DNA of 64,000 bases from Fimbriosthenelais zetlandica (taxonomy: Eukaryota), in contig OZ365112.1 in the NCBI GenBank assembly GCA_977030845.1, positions 24,552,001 to 24,616,000 of the forward strand, written 5' to 3'. Below are positions 14,461 to 29,351 of this stretch, piece by piece (position 1 is the first letter of the stretch; the number at the start of each line of letters is the position of its first letter). The notes beneath the pieces were generated by a model, which saw only the letters and a program-made list of their open reading frames with translations, made no database searches and was not told where the DNA came from. The position numbers and the translations under genes were made by a program.

Positions 14461-16216
14461 ATATTGGAGGGCGCTGAAAGGTCAGTGGATTGAGGTGTTG
14501 GGTGATTGACTAATAGCGGGATTGAAGCCGAGGTTAAAAAGAGGCGTTGCCTGTAATGGCCTTACATGGCCTGCTGGCTTCCTTATAGAATACATGGAAG
14601 AAGCTAAATATTTGTCAAGCTATGATTCAGAGGCAATAGAATGTCAGCAGCAGTGGCTAACATTACAAAACTCTGCTGGTTGAATGTGAAACCACACTTT
14701 CAGTGTCAGAGTGGTCAAATGACTTGTAGGTCTACCTTGGCTTTTTTTTCGATAAAGCATCCGTTTTTGTAATACCTTTCTTTGCTTTTCACATTACTTT
14801 TCCACTTTCTCAATGCATGTTTCTGATTGCTTTGGTGTGTCTAAATAAATTCATAAAACCAATGTTAGTCCTATATATACATGTATGTAGTATTGAATGA
14901 CTCCAAACTGCACCTTTAGATAAAAACGTCATTCTTCTTTCAGAACACCTGTGAAGACTGCTGTACAGAATCAACAAGACCAATGATTGGATGACTTCAC
15001 CAGAATGTTCCATGAGTGATAAACAGGTCAACCATCAAAGAAACCTGAAATAAAGAAGCAGGAAATATGGCATCGTAAACTTCAATCAATTCTGATCAGG
15101 TTCAAAAGACTGATGGCACAATCTATAGTGGCTGATAATCTGTTGAGGGCGTCATAACAGAACTGGAGGACAAAATCAATCCCAATCCACTCAAACACCA
15201 TGCCTGACTCTTCCCAACAAACAAGTAAGTACCCCTTTTTCTTCCTGATATAGAAATAAAATCGGATAAATGTCAGGAGAAAAATAATGCAACCGTTTGC
15301 ACCTGTCTCCTTATCAGAGCCACTGCTCGTTTCCCTGCTTATCCAGCCAAAGTGTAGCCCAAAAATAGAAGGGAGAGAAGCTCTATTTGATCAGCTTCAG
15401 TCCACTGCGGGGCCCCTCGGGAGGGTTGTAATATAATTTCAAGGCAAAGGCTGAGGCTTGGTAAATTCGATTCCACCATTATATGTGTATAAGAGTCATT
15501 CACAATGAGTGAGGCAGTCTGGACTATTGGCTGTGACCGGCTCAGAGCTGGATTACACGCGGGGTGGGGGCTGGCAGTGAAGAGAAACAAACCATGAACA
15601 ACCATATCCCATAGACGTGATACACTTATTGACAATTTATAAGCATTAAACAGCAAAGCGATGGTAAATACAGAGATTACGTGGACAACTGCAGCGAACA
15701 GCTAGTGGTCCAGGATATTACTATGAATGATATATATGGGGGTCAAACCTTATGCCAAAACGTGCTGTAATACATGAACTCGACAACATTCATATTGAAG
15801 TATTCATTTTCAAATCCATGCTCTTTAATTATGTTATGTGATTTGAGAAGCATGATATTTTCCCTTTTCAGTTTCCATTATATTATTTCGTAACTATCGT
15901 ATTTCATAACTATTCAAATAACAGTCGATAATAATTTGCGATAACTATTCAAATAGTACATAATAATAGCGAAAACTCCAGGTCATGCACCTTATTGCCA
16001 GGGGAATCCTGCATGCAGCAGTTTTACATCTCTACCTATACCTTTATATAATTTCTACCTGTGATGCCGAGGGCCATATAATAGTTTCATAACATTATAT
16101 GTCCCTAGATAAACCATCATCTATACATGCATGGCCATTCACAAGTTGCCATCTCTTAAGGCTATTGTTAAGATGCCTTGAAAGTAGCATCTTGCCATAC
16201 ATAATGCCATGGTTTA

Positions 16217-16243
16217 CCCACCCACCCACCCACCCACCTCTAC
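16217..16243. repeat. (ACCC)n microsatellite
   Basis: acccacccacccacccacccacc. Confidence 0.8.
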
Positions 16244-19200
16244 CCCCGCCCCCTCTCATTGCACCCACCCTTACTTAACATCCCACATAATTACCCATCA
16301 TCATCTTGATTATAAATAATCTAATTACATCGCTCTTGCCTTGGTGACAGCGTTCGGCTTTTATAGACATTCATTATAATGAAACTGCCTCTACCTGAAA
16401 GTGGGTCCTCCCATTGTGCACACTCAATGTCAAGCCGGACATTATGAATAATGATGCTAATGCATTTTGCACTATTAGTGAGCCAGCTGGCCGTAGCTGC
16501 AGGCCTACATAGTCCATTCTCTGATGGTTAAACTGTAAAACAAGTGATAGGGATGAGTGAGTTGGTGCTATTCTTTTCGCCACAGATAGCTGCTCCTGGT
16601 CCCGGAAGCTGGTTTGGTGGAGCTCATGGCCATTTAGTTGACAGTCGTACGATTGGTATATATGCACATAGCGTCCTCAAGACCATTTTTTTTGCCTACA
16701 TGCATTTGTCGATACATTCCCTAATGACCCATTCATTCACGGAAAATAGATCTTTAGGACGGTTTTAAATTAACCCCTTGTTGACGAGTGGAGTAGGAAA
16801 TAATCTACATGCTACAAGTTGGAAGTCAAAATTCCATTTTATTATGACAGTATGATCTCAAATGATTCCTTATTAATAATACTGCGCTTTTAGATTCAGC
16901 AGAACTTTGAGCTTTAATCCACTACCATCAAATAATTATCTGTGACTTTCAATCTTTTACAAAAGCGACAGAGCCTGTTCTAACACCAGTGATTAATGGC
17001 CAGCTTATTGGGAACATCCCATTCACGTGAACAGCCAAAAACATATTACACTCTTGTCTAGACACGCCGTATTGTTTGATATGAGGCACAATAATTCCAT
17101 CTTGGCCCATCAAAAGACGATACATCAGAGGCAAACCACAGGCATCTGGAGACCCTCTTTGATATTCGGGGGAGCAGGATGGACCTCGGCCGTGTCCAAT
17201 GTAGGTATGCAGAGCGCTCTGCCCGGCCTGCCAAGTCCACTTGTTGCATGCTAACGTGGCACTTGTTCTACCATCGTAATGCCTGGCTTGTTTCAACAAT
17301 GATTTACACTTAATGGGCGCAGCTGGCTGTGACTGAGGGCAGAAGGACAGAGCAGGCAGGTTTGTGAAGGGAGCCCTTTGATGAAGAAGCTACTGAGCTT
17401 AGCCGAGCACCTGATGAGTGCTCTCAGACAGGCAGCTATTCTGTCCTCTACTATATTGAGGGATAGAATCCATACTCTTTGTGAGATAGTATATACTTCT
17501 CCTGAGCCCCTTTTCAGATAAAGATATTGAGTAGCTCAGCATATATGAGAAGAAAAGGCCCTATATACTTCTATAAATACCAATATGGAAACATATATGT
17601 ATGCATCACTATTATATCAAAAGAGTTAAAATTCGGTTGGGGTCTTCTATTATCACGAAACCCTGAATTCACTGGGCACCATATCAACTTATCGGGTGGG
17701 TATATATAAACTAATTTGTTTTTTTCTGTTGATTTTCTTTTACAAAAGCCATACTTTATCTCTCAGTTAAAATGGTTTTCATGTTGCTCTGAGGGTATTA
17801 CTTTGAGGCAATCAGCTGATCCTTCTCATGAATTATGAATATTGCTCAAAGCTATGATCGGTGTTATTGGCAATTCTGTTATTAACTGGCTGCTTTTCTT
17901 TTTACCTAAACGATACTAAAAATATTCGGGACACATGTGCGAACAGCTACGTACGGTATTCTTCTTGGTTAACGATTTCTTATCTTGTGCCCAAAACCTG
18001 CTTTCAGCCTTGAGTAATTTTACAGGCAAACATTTTAGATCTGATTTCAATGATCGAACTCCGGGTTCTATTGGTTCTGTGAGACCTGACTTGACTTTCA
18101 TTATTGGCATTTCACATTTCGCATCACTGCTTCAAATTTCCATCACTTCCCAAGAGTCATGTCAGGGTTTAGGTCGGATAACTGATGGTGTGGAGAATCA
18201 TTTTCTGGGCATGATATGCAGTTTTGCTTTTTTTTAATGGCCATTAAACATTTTGGTGGTGATTAAATTGGGCTTCGCCCATGCAGATTTCAGACATTGT
18301 AATAAATACAGAAAAATTTCCAGATGGGGTTGGAAATTTTAATTCTGAAAAAAATGAGCGGCATGATCCAGTACGTGACGGATCAGACGACGTCTGTTGG
18401 TTTGACGAGCCCAGACCCAGCTGTCATTATTGGCATTTCTTATATTACGTCGCTCCTTTTTTCTTGCCCATCGAGTGCCAAGACTCGCGTCCAGTGTTCG
18501 TCTGACCATCGACTGACCATAACCCACTTTATGTGACACTCTATTGTAGCATACACAGATGTACAAATGATACACGTGTTTGGCCACTGGAACTGACTGT
18601 CTGCTCGCTGACCTTCCCATCTGAAACAAGGTCACTGACCTCAGTAGTTGGTGCAGGAGAATCAGCTGATATCCAGGTCCTAACAGATCTATGCATAATC
18701 TAATATGTATGTGCTTCATTTGAATACATTATCACGCTTCCACGGGGCTAGTCGTTAACAAGTCTGTGTCTTCTGACATCTGATGGACTCCATTGATGAT
18801 GGTGGCGAATTTAAGTTCATGTGGGCAATATTAGATATAGAGTGAACCACAAACCATCAGTGGTTTATATCACAGCTATTTAAATAAGCAATTGTGATTG
18901 AATACTCAGCTTTAACAATTAACTTTATTCCTCACTTAAATCTACAGGACCTAAAATGACATTGCTGAATATTAGTGGGTGAAATTGCCTTTATATAATG
19001 TGAGGATGTTGGTTCATACCATGTCCTTAATGGTAGAACACTGAGGCAGATTTTAGGGTTGATTTGGAGCAAGGGGAAACATCCTCCCATGAATCCCAAT
19101 TGCCGTTAGCTGTCTGCCCTAACCTCGACGGTAAGTCCCTGTCAAAATTAGGCGGATAAAGCATTCTTCTTACTCCCAGAGGAGTCCAAGCCCACGCCCT

Positions 19201-21417
19201 TCGTCAACGTCCTAAAGTCACAATATTACATCTCTCAGGCTCATGGCCGTGATTTACTCAGCCTGTTCCACTAGCAGAAGTCCGGCACGTAATGTGTATT
19301 ATTCTCTGTGGGTATCTTGATTGCTAAGAGAACTCTGAGACGTTTCAAATCTTTGACATGTTACATTCGTAAACAGACGTCAGAGTCCTGCGTGAGAGAG
19401 CCTTGCAGTGCAGTTTTTGCAGCCTTCGATGTCTTTTCCTGCATTTGGAGGACTTGCGGAACAGGTTTAGGGTTGTTTCTTAATGATTAGACCAAAATGC
19501 TAAATGGACGTCAGAAACTGGCCTTAAAGACACTCAATTCCACATATATGTTTGGAGATGTACTGGTAAGCTCGCTCAGGACGTTTTAATATCTTTTTAT
19601 TCAGTATAGTCATGACTCGAAACTTTCAACTTCTCCCACAGCTAGGCTATAATGTTCATGCACATTACAGATGACGTAGGGATTGATTTCTGGCACTGAG
19701 CAAGGTGATAAAATTCCGCAGGTGATGATCGAATGGATGCCTCCAAAACTAAGATCAAACACTGGAAAATCTCCCATAGAAACCTGTCAATATAGAGAAG
19801 TCATCCTAGGGAAGAGTTTGATATTCAATCTTGCCACTTCCCTCTCAGACCTATCGCTTAACTTGCGTGTGATTCATCTTGAAATTGGACATGAATCACG
19901 TCCCTTTTAGTTGGCTCTCTCTTCCTGTCTGCATGTCTTCCTTGGAAACTTTTTCTACAACTTTTCATTGTAACAGATCAGGTTGAGCAACACTTTGTAA
20001 TTGAAACAGGTCTACTTGAAAACTTACCAAAGGAATAGCATTCTCAAATAAAGTCACCGTAATGAAACTGCTTCATGTGGCTGACATCCTGGGATGATCC
20101 CGAATAGCCTCAAATGATGAACGAGGATCAGTCTGTACATAATAATAATGATATCAGTGGGCTATAGGTGTACAGGACGTTAGTGGACTGTTACTCTGGC
20201 CAGTTATTGCCAGCTGAACAGGAGTCAATGCGAGCAGTTCTTGACCACTCCATTACCTACCCTGCTCTCCTACGTCATGGTGTCTCATTTATCCTGGACC
20301 AGATGGTGAGAGTCTCCCAGGCGAGTAAACATCACACCAATGCTTAATTCTCTGCCATCAGCCACATTGGGAAAATGCTTATTGTCTGACCATAAATTGT
20401 CAATCTTTCCAACCTCAACAACCACCCTGCCCCTTTAAGAGTCGAACACCCCCAAAATATATAAGAAGCATCGCCCGGCCCCATCCCCACTCTGTCTGCA
20501 TGAGTGATTGCCTGATTGAAGATTGGGGTAATCCGTATGTATCTTAATCTTCATGATAAACCAATTTAGAAGGCATTTACTGTATGCTATATTCTCCAAT
20601 AAACCCTCTGTTACATTCAGATGTGATTAATATTAGTATTAATATCAACACTGGCTTTGTATTTTCCTGGCATCATGGACGCAATCATCAATAGAAAAAA
20701 TGAAATGTCTGCTCACATATCTCAGAGCCGCAGGGCATAATTCATTGACAAAAAGGGTATCAAAACAAATGGTCTTTTTTTGATGGATAAAAATAACAAT
20801 GGTTTCTTGGGGAACATGTGGTTCAGGCTATCATTAAGATCCATTTATACGCCTACACACTCATTTTCATAATTGGAACAGGAACCGCCCCATCTCACCC
20901 TCTTCCAGTCATTTCCCTAAACAATGTAGCTGCCTTGAGGACCATTTTAAATGAAAGGAAATGCTTTTATCCATTGCAATTCTAAAAATCTAGCTGACAT
21001 TCCAATTGGAGTTACTCCAACTCCCCTGTCTCGTGTAGCTTCAGATTAATAATGGAGATGTACACGTGTTGTACATGTTGGAATCACCCCATTAACAAAG
21101 AAGTCATGAACCTGGCTTAATGTTGTATGGGGTAATGGCATTTTCACATAAAGAGAAAAGGCAGTGATTAATTACTCCAGGGATTATTTCTATTTATTTC
21201 CTGTCATGACTGGCAGTCTGGGTGTTGTTTAACAAGAATATATATGCTGCGTTAACTATAATGTCGCCTAATGTAGCACATCTTCCAGGCCAGTACCAAT
21301 AGATTTGTCTCTAGTTTGGGATCACCATCTCACATTGACACGTTGGAGGGTGAAAGTTGGCCGCTCAGGTAATGATATAGGACCTCATCTTCCTCTAATA
21401 AGCGAGCTCCTCCTCCG

Positions 21418-21540
21418 ATTGGATGCCAAGCCCGCGAGACGTCCACTGATTGGCTGATAGCGCCGGAAGTCTGTCGCTGTCTTTGTGTGGACCTGCTCTA
21501 GGCGTCAGCGTCACACAGACGACAAGTCGCTGCGTCATGG
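21418..21540. promoter_or_regulatory. CpG-rich promoter-like patch (2 reverse CCAAT, ETS, 3x GCGTCA)
   Basis: ATTGG at 21418 and 21449 (31 bp apart); CCGGAAGT 21463-21470; GCGTCA at 21502, 21508 and 21532. Confidence 0.5.
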
Positions 21541-24500
21541 AAGCCGATCTTGCCCGGGAAGCATTTAATTGCGTCCGTTTTATCTCTCGCTCACGTTCTT
21601 CTGTGGCGAGTGATGGATTATCCTGTATTCCCACAGTTCTCCCGGTTTGCAGGCCTACAAGGATAGTTCTCCCCCTATCTTATTAGGGCTAATTATTATC
21701 ATTAGCTGCTGGGGTGGGCGTCTATATGTCTTCACAGTACCACTCTCATCGGTCTTTGCCGTGTTTGTCAAGCTGAGGAGATGCGGAATCCATTTCCTAC
21801 TGTAGGCAGGACGTGACCATTGCTCTTACATCTGAAAGGGGGATGAGGAAAGGTGGAGAAGGGGTGGCCTTCTCAGATAATGCTTACCTTCAGTGGAAAG
21901 TCTCTCATAATTTACAATAACTACTGAAGAACATCACATCCATGTGGATCCATACGACTGAATAAGATGTCACAAAGTTTCTTACATATCTTATGTATCT
22001 TAATTATAACTTTTGCCGTCTTCTGGGGACTTCTTCTTCAGACAACCTAAAGATCATCTAGGATTGTCTTAAGAATTGCCTTAGTATCTCTCAATTGGAG
22101 TGAGTTTTCAAGATTTTAGTTTAATTAGATACCCCCATATGTTAAAATGTAGAATGATATGCTTCCTTTAGAGGGAGTATTTTATGGATTTGGGAACCAA
22201 GTTCCTCACCTAATCCTTCATCTGCATGCTGTAGAGACGACTGAACCCCAGGTTGCTCTTGAAATGATGAATAACTCTTCCTGTTATTGTCAATGAGAGC
22301 TACTTGTCGGTTGACCTTCAGTTGTTCTCAACTTCAAAGGAATTCCTGGATCCTAGAATAAATGATTTCTCACTATGAAAGAAAACTATTATCAATGGCC
22401 TCTTTTGGTTGACTCAGGAATAGCTGAGAAAACACTGATATTCCGGTGACATTTAAATTGAGTTCCCTTTCAACCAGGACATCTATAAGTTCATTTTTAA
22501 CCTGCAATAGTAATATCAGCAGTGACTTTATGAAAATCTCATCTTAATAATTGCATTCACGCTGATGTAATCTAAGTACTAATCTATCTGTCAAGTTATG
22601 CTATTGACTTCTGCCATAGATTCGTCACTCCTCAAGGATGTTAGTAACTATTGCTCTATGGCTTTTGAAACATGCAGGTTATAGATCTTGCTCTTCTCCA
22701 GGGATAAGAACTTATAGGGGTTCTTAATGCAAGCATGCTAGGTGACACTTATACACCCATGGCCTTTGAAGTATTTTGGTACATTCCATGGAAAAAGTCA
22801 AGGCCATGTTTGAGTTTGATGCTAGAAACTTAAGCCTTGAAATCCGCATAAGCAGGTCTTGCTTTTACCAACTCAAGACGCAAGAAAAGAAGGGAAATCC
22901 TTCTCTACACATGTGGCTCTTCAGTTCAGCCCAGCTTGGGAGAAGCAGGCAATAATGAGAATGTCACAAAGTGTGCCACCTTATGACCTTGCACGATTTT
23001 TACGTCTCAAAGCTTAATACTGACATCTTCCAAGGACTTAGCTTCCCTCCACCGAAATTAACTTTATATATTTTATATAAAGTATCAGTAAGTTTAATAC
23101 ATTATGGCCTACAATCCGTTTAAAGTAACGTACGTAGTGCTTGATTTCGTACCGTGGTTTCAAGGGCTAGAGTTAATAGTATCCCTGATGAATATGCTGT
23201 TGGGAATAGGAGGATATAATTTAGGAAGCCATTGATGAATAGTGAAGACATACAGTTCCCGGGGCCCGAGATATAATTAAATGACACGACCCTGGCCCAG
23301 AGGCCTGGCAAGCTTTGCATAATATACATAAACGCCTTACATATATGCCTCGCGGGGAGAGTATGTATATGACATTGACATGTATGTTTGAAGTAGCTTT
23401 TTATGGCTAAATTCAATATAGGTTGTGTGGCTTCCTCCTCCGCACAGTGTGGATTGTCAGTGACAGTCTTCTCTGCTTGTTCTTTACACCTGGCTGACCG
23501 AGAATCACAGAGACCGGAGTTGTTCAATCAGTAAAGGGGGGCGACCTCCGCAACTCCATGTGATCATAAACCTACTGGCCCCTGCACATTATCGATAGAG
23601 TCAGCCACACATTGACTATAGCCTGGCCAGCCAGTCTAATTACTGCCAAATGACAGTCTTTGATGGTAAGGCCTCGCTCAGCCTTGCTATTAGCGCTATG
23701 ACCGCGAGGTATTCCTTCGCAATCATGATATGATAGCAAGGAGAACACCTAGATCCTCAAGAAATTGATGGCTCGGAGGAGGGTGGGATTCATTAATGTC
23801 AATAAGGAAGGATATCTATGAGGGTATACTCTGGTGCTACCTGGCTGGCCCGTGGATAATGGAACACGGCTGCTCATTCAATGCTGAATATGCAGGAAGA
23901 TAGTCTCTCCAAAGTCAGCAGCAGAAAAGTTAACTTTTTCTTCCGCTGTAATCTATTTAGTATTTCCTAAACCGTTCACATTACTCTTGGCTATATACGG
24001 AATCCAAACATTACAAAAAGCTAACTTTGTTGAAGCATAGTATCGGTTTCCCCATACGTATCTGTTTAGTAGTTTTGAATGTTCTACAACTGGAAGCAAC
24101 AAAGTTCCAAGTTGCCATGTCCAGATTTACAAAGTGCCATTTTGTGTTATTGCATAGAGCCCGTGACCACGAGGGACGAGGCAATACACATGAGAAATAG
24201 CAAATATAGAAACATGATCTTGTGACGAGGTAATGTTGGTGATAATTCAGGGAGTTGCTCGTGGGCACGAGGGGTGCATTTGGAGTAGGTTTAGTGGAGT
24301 GTCCTCTCCCTTCTGCTCTCATTTCCGGTCGGGCTTGGACTCAGTTGATGGATGGATGTGGTTGGTGTTGTTGATTTGCTCCGGTCATTGTCTAGGCTGG
24401 CTAGCCTAGCTTTACTCTCCATCACCCTGGTGATCTCCATGAGGACAACCAACAAACGACCCCCTCGCCAAGGCCATGCAATCCTTCCTCTTCTCATTCT

Positions 24501-26242
24501 CTTCTCTCCCCCTAATCCCAACCAGTTTTGTGTGGCGCTGAGTGGCTATATAATGAGAGAAGAATGATATCATCATTAACAAGATAATCGATTTGGTTTG
24601 ATGTATTTGTATATCTACTAGGCTACTAGAAATATTGAATCAAGGTAGAGATACTTCACTACCAGAGAAGCGCAAAAATTGAGAGGATATTGTGAGGTTT
24701 TTTGACCAGCAATGTCAAAGAATTGGCGTTACTCAAAACTGCTTCATGTCAGTTACTGTATGTTGCCTAAGCACGTCAGGTCAATAATAGGAGTGCCACC
24801 ATTGTATTTCATGGGAAGAATATCCTAAACCTTTTTATCCTAAACCTTGTTAGTGCACAATACGTTACAACAAGATACACAACTCTGTATACTGAGACCC
24901 TTTTTGAATACAGATGGAGTTTTCCCTGTACCACAGACAGTGTTTAAATGGGACAAGGGATTTAAATGGATAACCCTGAACCCCAACCTAACCCTATACC
25001 CCAGCAGACCCGGATGTCAGGGGTACTACATCTATAACACCCCCACCCACCCCATGTCACTCTGTCAGCTTCATGGAGCAGATCAAATCTCCCGAGTCAC
25101 TGATACATCAGTATCATTCCTCCCTTACCGATCACCATTGTAAGCAAACACTGAATGAGCTGCTCTTTAATCGAGATCTTTCACTCAGGGCTGCTTCCAA
25201 TGGGCTCATAGTCCTCTGTAGAAACATCCATGTGGCAACAAATTAAAATCTGTGTTCGGCATTCATTGATTAAGGAGAGCGATATATTCATCTCCTCCTG
25301 GGATAATTATCCTGGACGATCTGATGTATAGATATCAGAGCTTTTTGCTTCCTATTTTGACGGCCGTTTTAAGCTCTTGCATTGCCCCAGATTCTTCATA
25401 TACAATTTATTGATTGTCATAGCTGTACAAACTGTACTTTCCCTCTAACACCCCTCTGAAGAGATCATGTACTCATAACAATCGTGGGTCTATATGCTTT
25501 CTTTTGCTTTCTTCCTTCCCTCAGTTCGGCACTATACACACTGGCCATCCATTCTTCTGGCTTTGAATCTTATTTCTCCTTTCCAATGATTTATGGCAAA
25601 TTATCTGCTGCTCAAGGGCATTCTGGCCTGAGAATTGATACCAGAGATCCCCATGGTAATACAGTAATGTCAGGGAAAGCTTATGAATATACACAGCACT
25701 ACCGGGTCTTAGTGGGGATTACTGCCAATGGTGGCAAAGGGTAGCACCATGGTGGAAGACTTCCCCTGCTGGTCAGTCTAGTGGGTTTACTGACATATAT
25801 CTATGTCTTCCTCTTGTCACTACCACATCACTGTCCCAAACCCCACACATGAATAATGTATTGTGATAAGCACAAGGGAGGACTACACTAGTCCTAATTG
25901 CCCTGGGATGAGAAATGGGTCAATTCCTTATACGATTTGGATGGTATTTCATAACTGAAATGTGACAATGTTGAGGTGGAATCACAGCTTTTGTAGCGGA
26001 TGTCATGAGGACTTGACTACAAAATATGTGGCCCAATGTTGCTTAGGGCATAAAAGTGAGGCTATGTATTAGATATGTTCGCCGGCGTCCTGTCGTTTTG
26101 CTATTTTATGGTTTTTTGAATTCAGGACCAACAAAGATTTGTGGAATGATCTAGGACAAAGTTTGGAATGATGTCAACAACGACATCAACTGTCTTTTAT
26201 GCTGTTCTAGGGATAGACAGTTTTTCTGATGTTAATATTCAG

Positions 26243-26329
26243 GTTGTGGCAGTGGGCAGGATGGTCCCAGTCCCATAAAAGAACCCATCACAATACAATG
26301 TGGGAGACAAGATATTTTCCATTGGATTG
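26243..26329 (+). other. Orphan 87-nt symmetric exon candidate
   Basis: Acceptor tttttctgatgttaatattcag|G; donor TTG|GTGAGT; open in two frames (xCGSGQDGPSPIKEPITIQCGRQDIFHWI or LWQWAGWSQSHKRTHHNTMWETRYFPLD). No partner exons found. Confidence 0.3.
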
Positions 26330-29300
26330 GTGAGTATGGCAATAACACAGAACATCAGCTGTTTACAATGCTCTATGTTCACCACTAGTATTTCCATTAT
26401 ATGCATTTCCCTCTGGAAATAAATGCTGAGCATAACCTTGGTGACACCGATCCCGCCTCCGTCCGGAGCAGGGTATTGGAGATTGGGATGGCCACAGGAG
26501 TCAAAGTCAGAAACTCCATTCCTCTTTGTGCTTATACCATGATCGATGATGGCCCCAGAAACGCTATTGAATCTCAAATCCCATCTGCCTTCCCTTGTGA
26601 TTCCCCCTCTAACATAAGAGTCCCTCTAGAAATTGTATGTAGATAAATCTGGAAACAAAGACATATTGCTGACACTAACTGAGTTTAACAGAGCACGGTC
26701 TCAAGGATAAATATTTACAGACATTAACTAGCTTTTGGGCTGCCCTTTAATACTCTGCGAGGGATGGATGGAAAGGACTACTTTTTTCGGGGTGTAGGGA
26801 TACATGTAGGAAATGACAGTGATGAATTAGGGACTATTTTATGTGTATAGGCCAACGTTGCAGGGTGGATTTGAGGGAGTACTGCCCGGAATTATGTTAT
26901 AATCTATAATAAGATCATGCTTTACATGCGTTTGATAAAATAGACATCGAATTTCCACTGCTTCTATATATAACATCCTGTCACTGAATCCAATGTACCG
27001 GTCCCACTAAACCTTCTCTCTCAGCTTTCTTCTGGCTTCTGCCAGTTTCATGGGTTGGAAGAAGCCTAACAACCTAAATAGGTCAGGGAAAATAAGGATT
27101 CCTTATTACATAAATCAATTGGAGTCTCATTTCACTTCATTGACCTTTCTTTCCAATCATGGATGCAATTTTCGGTCAGAGGAAGTCCTAAAGGAAATAA
27201 ATCCCGTTGAACTGTTTTCTTGAAATTAAAAGACCTTTTATAGCTTCTTGCTTAAAGGATTGTTGTTTCAAACTATGTCCACCTGAGAAATCAAATCGTA
27301 TTACTGAGATACTTCAACATATAGAGCATGAATATGGCAATACGATTTGATTGTTTTGAATGAAGAATTGAAACAAACAAATCCGTCTCGTGCAGGGATT
27401 GTATTGACTCGAATGCCGCACATCATAACGAGGAAATAACGATCGTTCACGAATGATAAACATTAATCAAAGCAACGTGTGCCTGGCATTAAAATGTCAC
27501 AGATACAGGTGATGCATTGACATGATCACTATAGCTGGCTGTACTCTAATGTTCACTTGACAATCTTCTTCAGTGACCCATCTTCAAACTGTGTCAGACT
27601 TTGAACTTCTATAAAATTCAGCCACAAGATATCAATCTAAGAGTAAATCCATGTTGCACTGACATTATATAACTGTATGTATTGCATACTTATGTATACT
27701 TTTTGAGAGAAAAACATTCACTAAAGACACAAACATTAAATAACTTTGTTCAACTGATCAGAAATATTGTTTTGTGCTCCTAATTTGATATGCATAATTA
27801 TGCCTTTTGCTATTATGCTATCTTTATAAATGCACATCTCAAATGGAATTGGTCATATACATGAGCTCAGTGCATTTAGTTTGTTCGTCAAGTATTTGTC
27901 CTACACTGATATTCTCAGGGTTTCGTTTTATTCTAGTTTCCTCTCACGTTTGCCAATTAGGTAGTGGACCACCTGGTGAGAGAATCCTTCCCTCTTTACA
28001 TATCACGCCTCCCCCCTTCACCCTGCCCATCCCCGCCCACGCCCTTGAAACATGTTTACTTAAGAAAACGTGTCTGAAATCTTGTAATTCAAAAAAGAAG
28101 TGGCCAGATTTCCTCCTGTGGCAGAAACTGCAGCTCTGGTGAATTCCAGTCTCAGAAGGAATTGTTCTTTTATCTTTATAGGTTTCGGTATCTCGACATT
28201 TAAACACTTTTTTTCTAATAGATAATAGAATTTTCTATAGGGTAATCATCTTCGTTGTCACCTAGAACTTTTGCCGGCCGATCACGAACCCATGCCTCAT
28301 CTGCATTCTCACAGAGGGAGAGCAAATCAGTGTGCATCAACCTGAATGATCCCTGATTCTTTTTCATTGAAACAACTATTTTGATTTGATTTACCAGCTA
28401 GAACAGCTATATGAAAGAATGCTAGTCTGTATACATGTAGGTTCCTTTTGTTAAGGCAGTCAGAATGATGTTAAGGGCTTCCTCCTTATAAGTATAATTT
28501 CATTATAATTTCTGGCTGCAACATTTACAATCTTATTAACAGGATCCCACCTAGTGACACTAATCAACTTTATACATCGATGTGTTCTCGATCTTTTGCA
28601 CGTGTCCATAGTAAGAGGATATGGTCAGACAGGATGGTAACCAGATGGCCCACTGAAGTGTTCTTATCACTGATAACCTTCCGTGCCGGTATAAACTTAT
28701 TTTCTCTTGACGCATCCCGTCACCAATCGGCCCTTCAAGCTAAAATTAGAACATGGGCTCTGTATAAGCTGATGAGATTGACTAAGTCCGACAGAGGCCA
28801 CGCCAAAAATAGTGTCAATAGTGCTTAGCCAGAAACACATAGTAGTCTCTGATGAATAGGCGGATAGATGAATGATAAAGTAGATTATCTATTAAAGACA
28901 TGTATGACCTTTTAAACTAATTAAATGGATTACTTTTTGGATATCTAGATTTTTACTTTGCCTATGCAACATTTCACTGTTAAAAGTGCATTTCAGAGCT
29001 TTTTGAGGAGCTGCTTGTGCACAATATAGTCAAAGACCCATATCTCTGGCTATCATCAGCCAAATAGAACATAATTTAGTAGACACATGCACAGTCCCTC
29101 GGGGTATAATCCCTATAGATATACACTGACGTCATCTGCTCTTTCTTTGAATCATGCTACTATTGCATTTTCTGCCGTTCGTTTTTCCCTTTCTGAGAAA
29201 AAAGGTGTAGGCCCTTGCCTGCTATATCTAAGGGAAGATACACGCCTGTCTTAGAAAATGAGCGACAAATTTTGAATTGAGAATAGAAGGGATATCAACT

Positions 29301-29351
29301 AGTGGAAGAGTCAGGTATTTATTCCCCTTGAAACTCATAGAAAGAACATGA

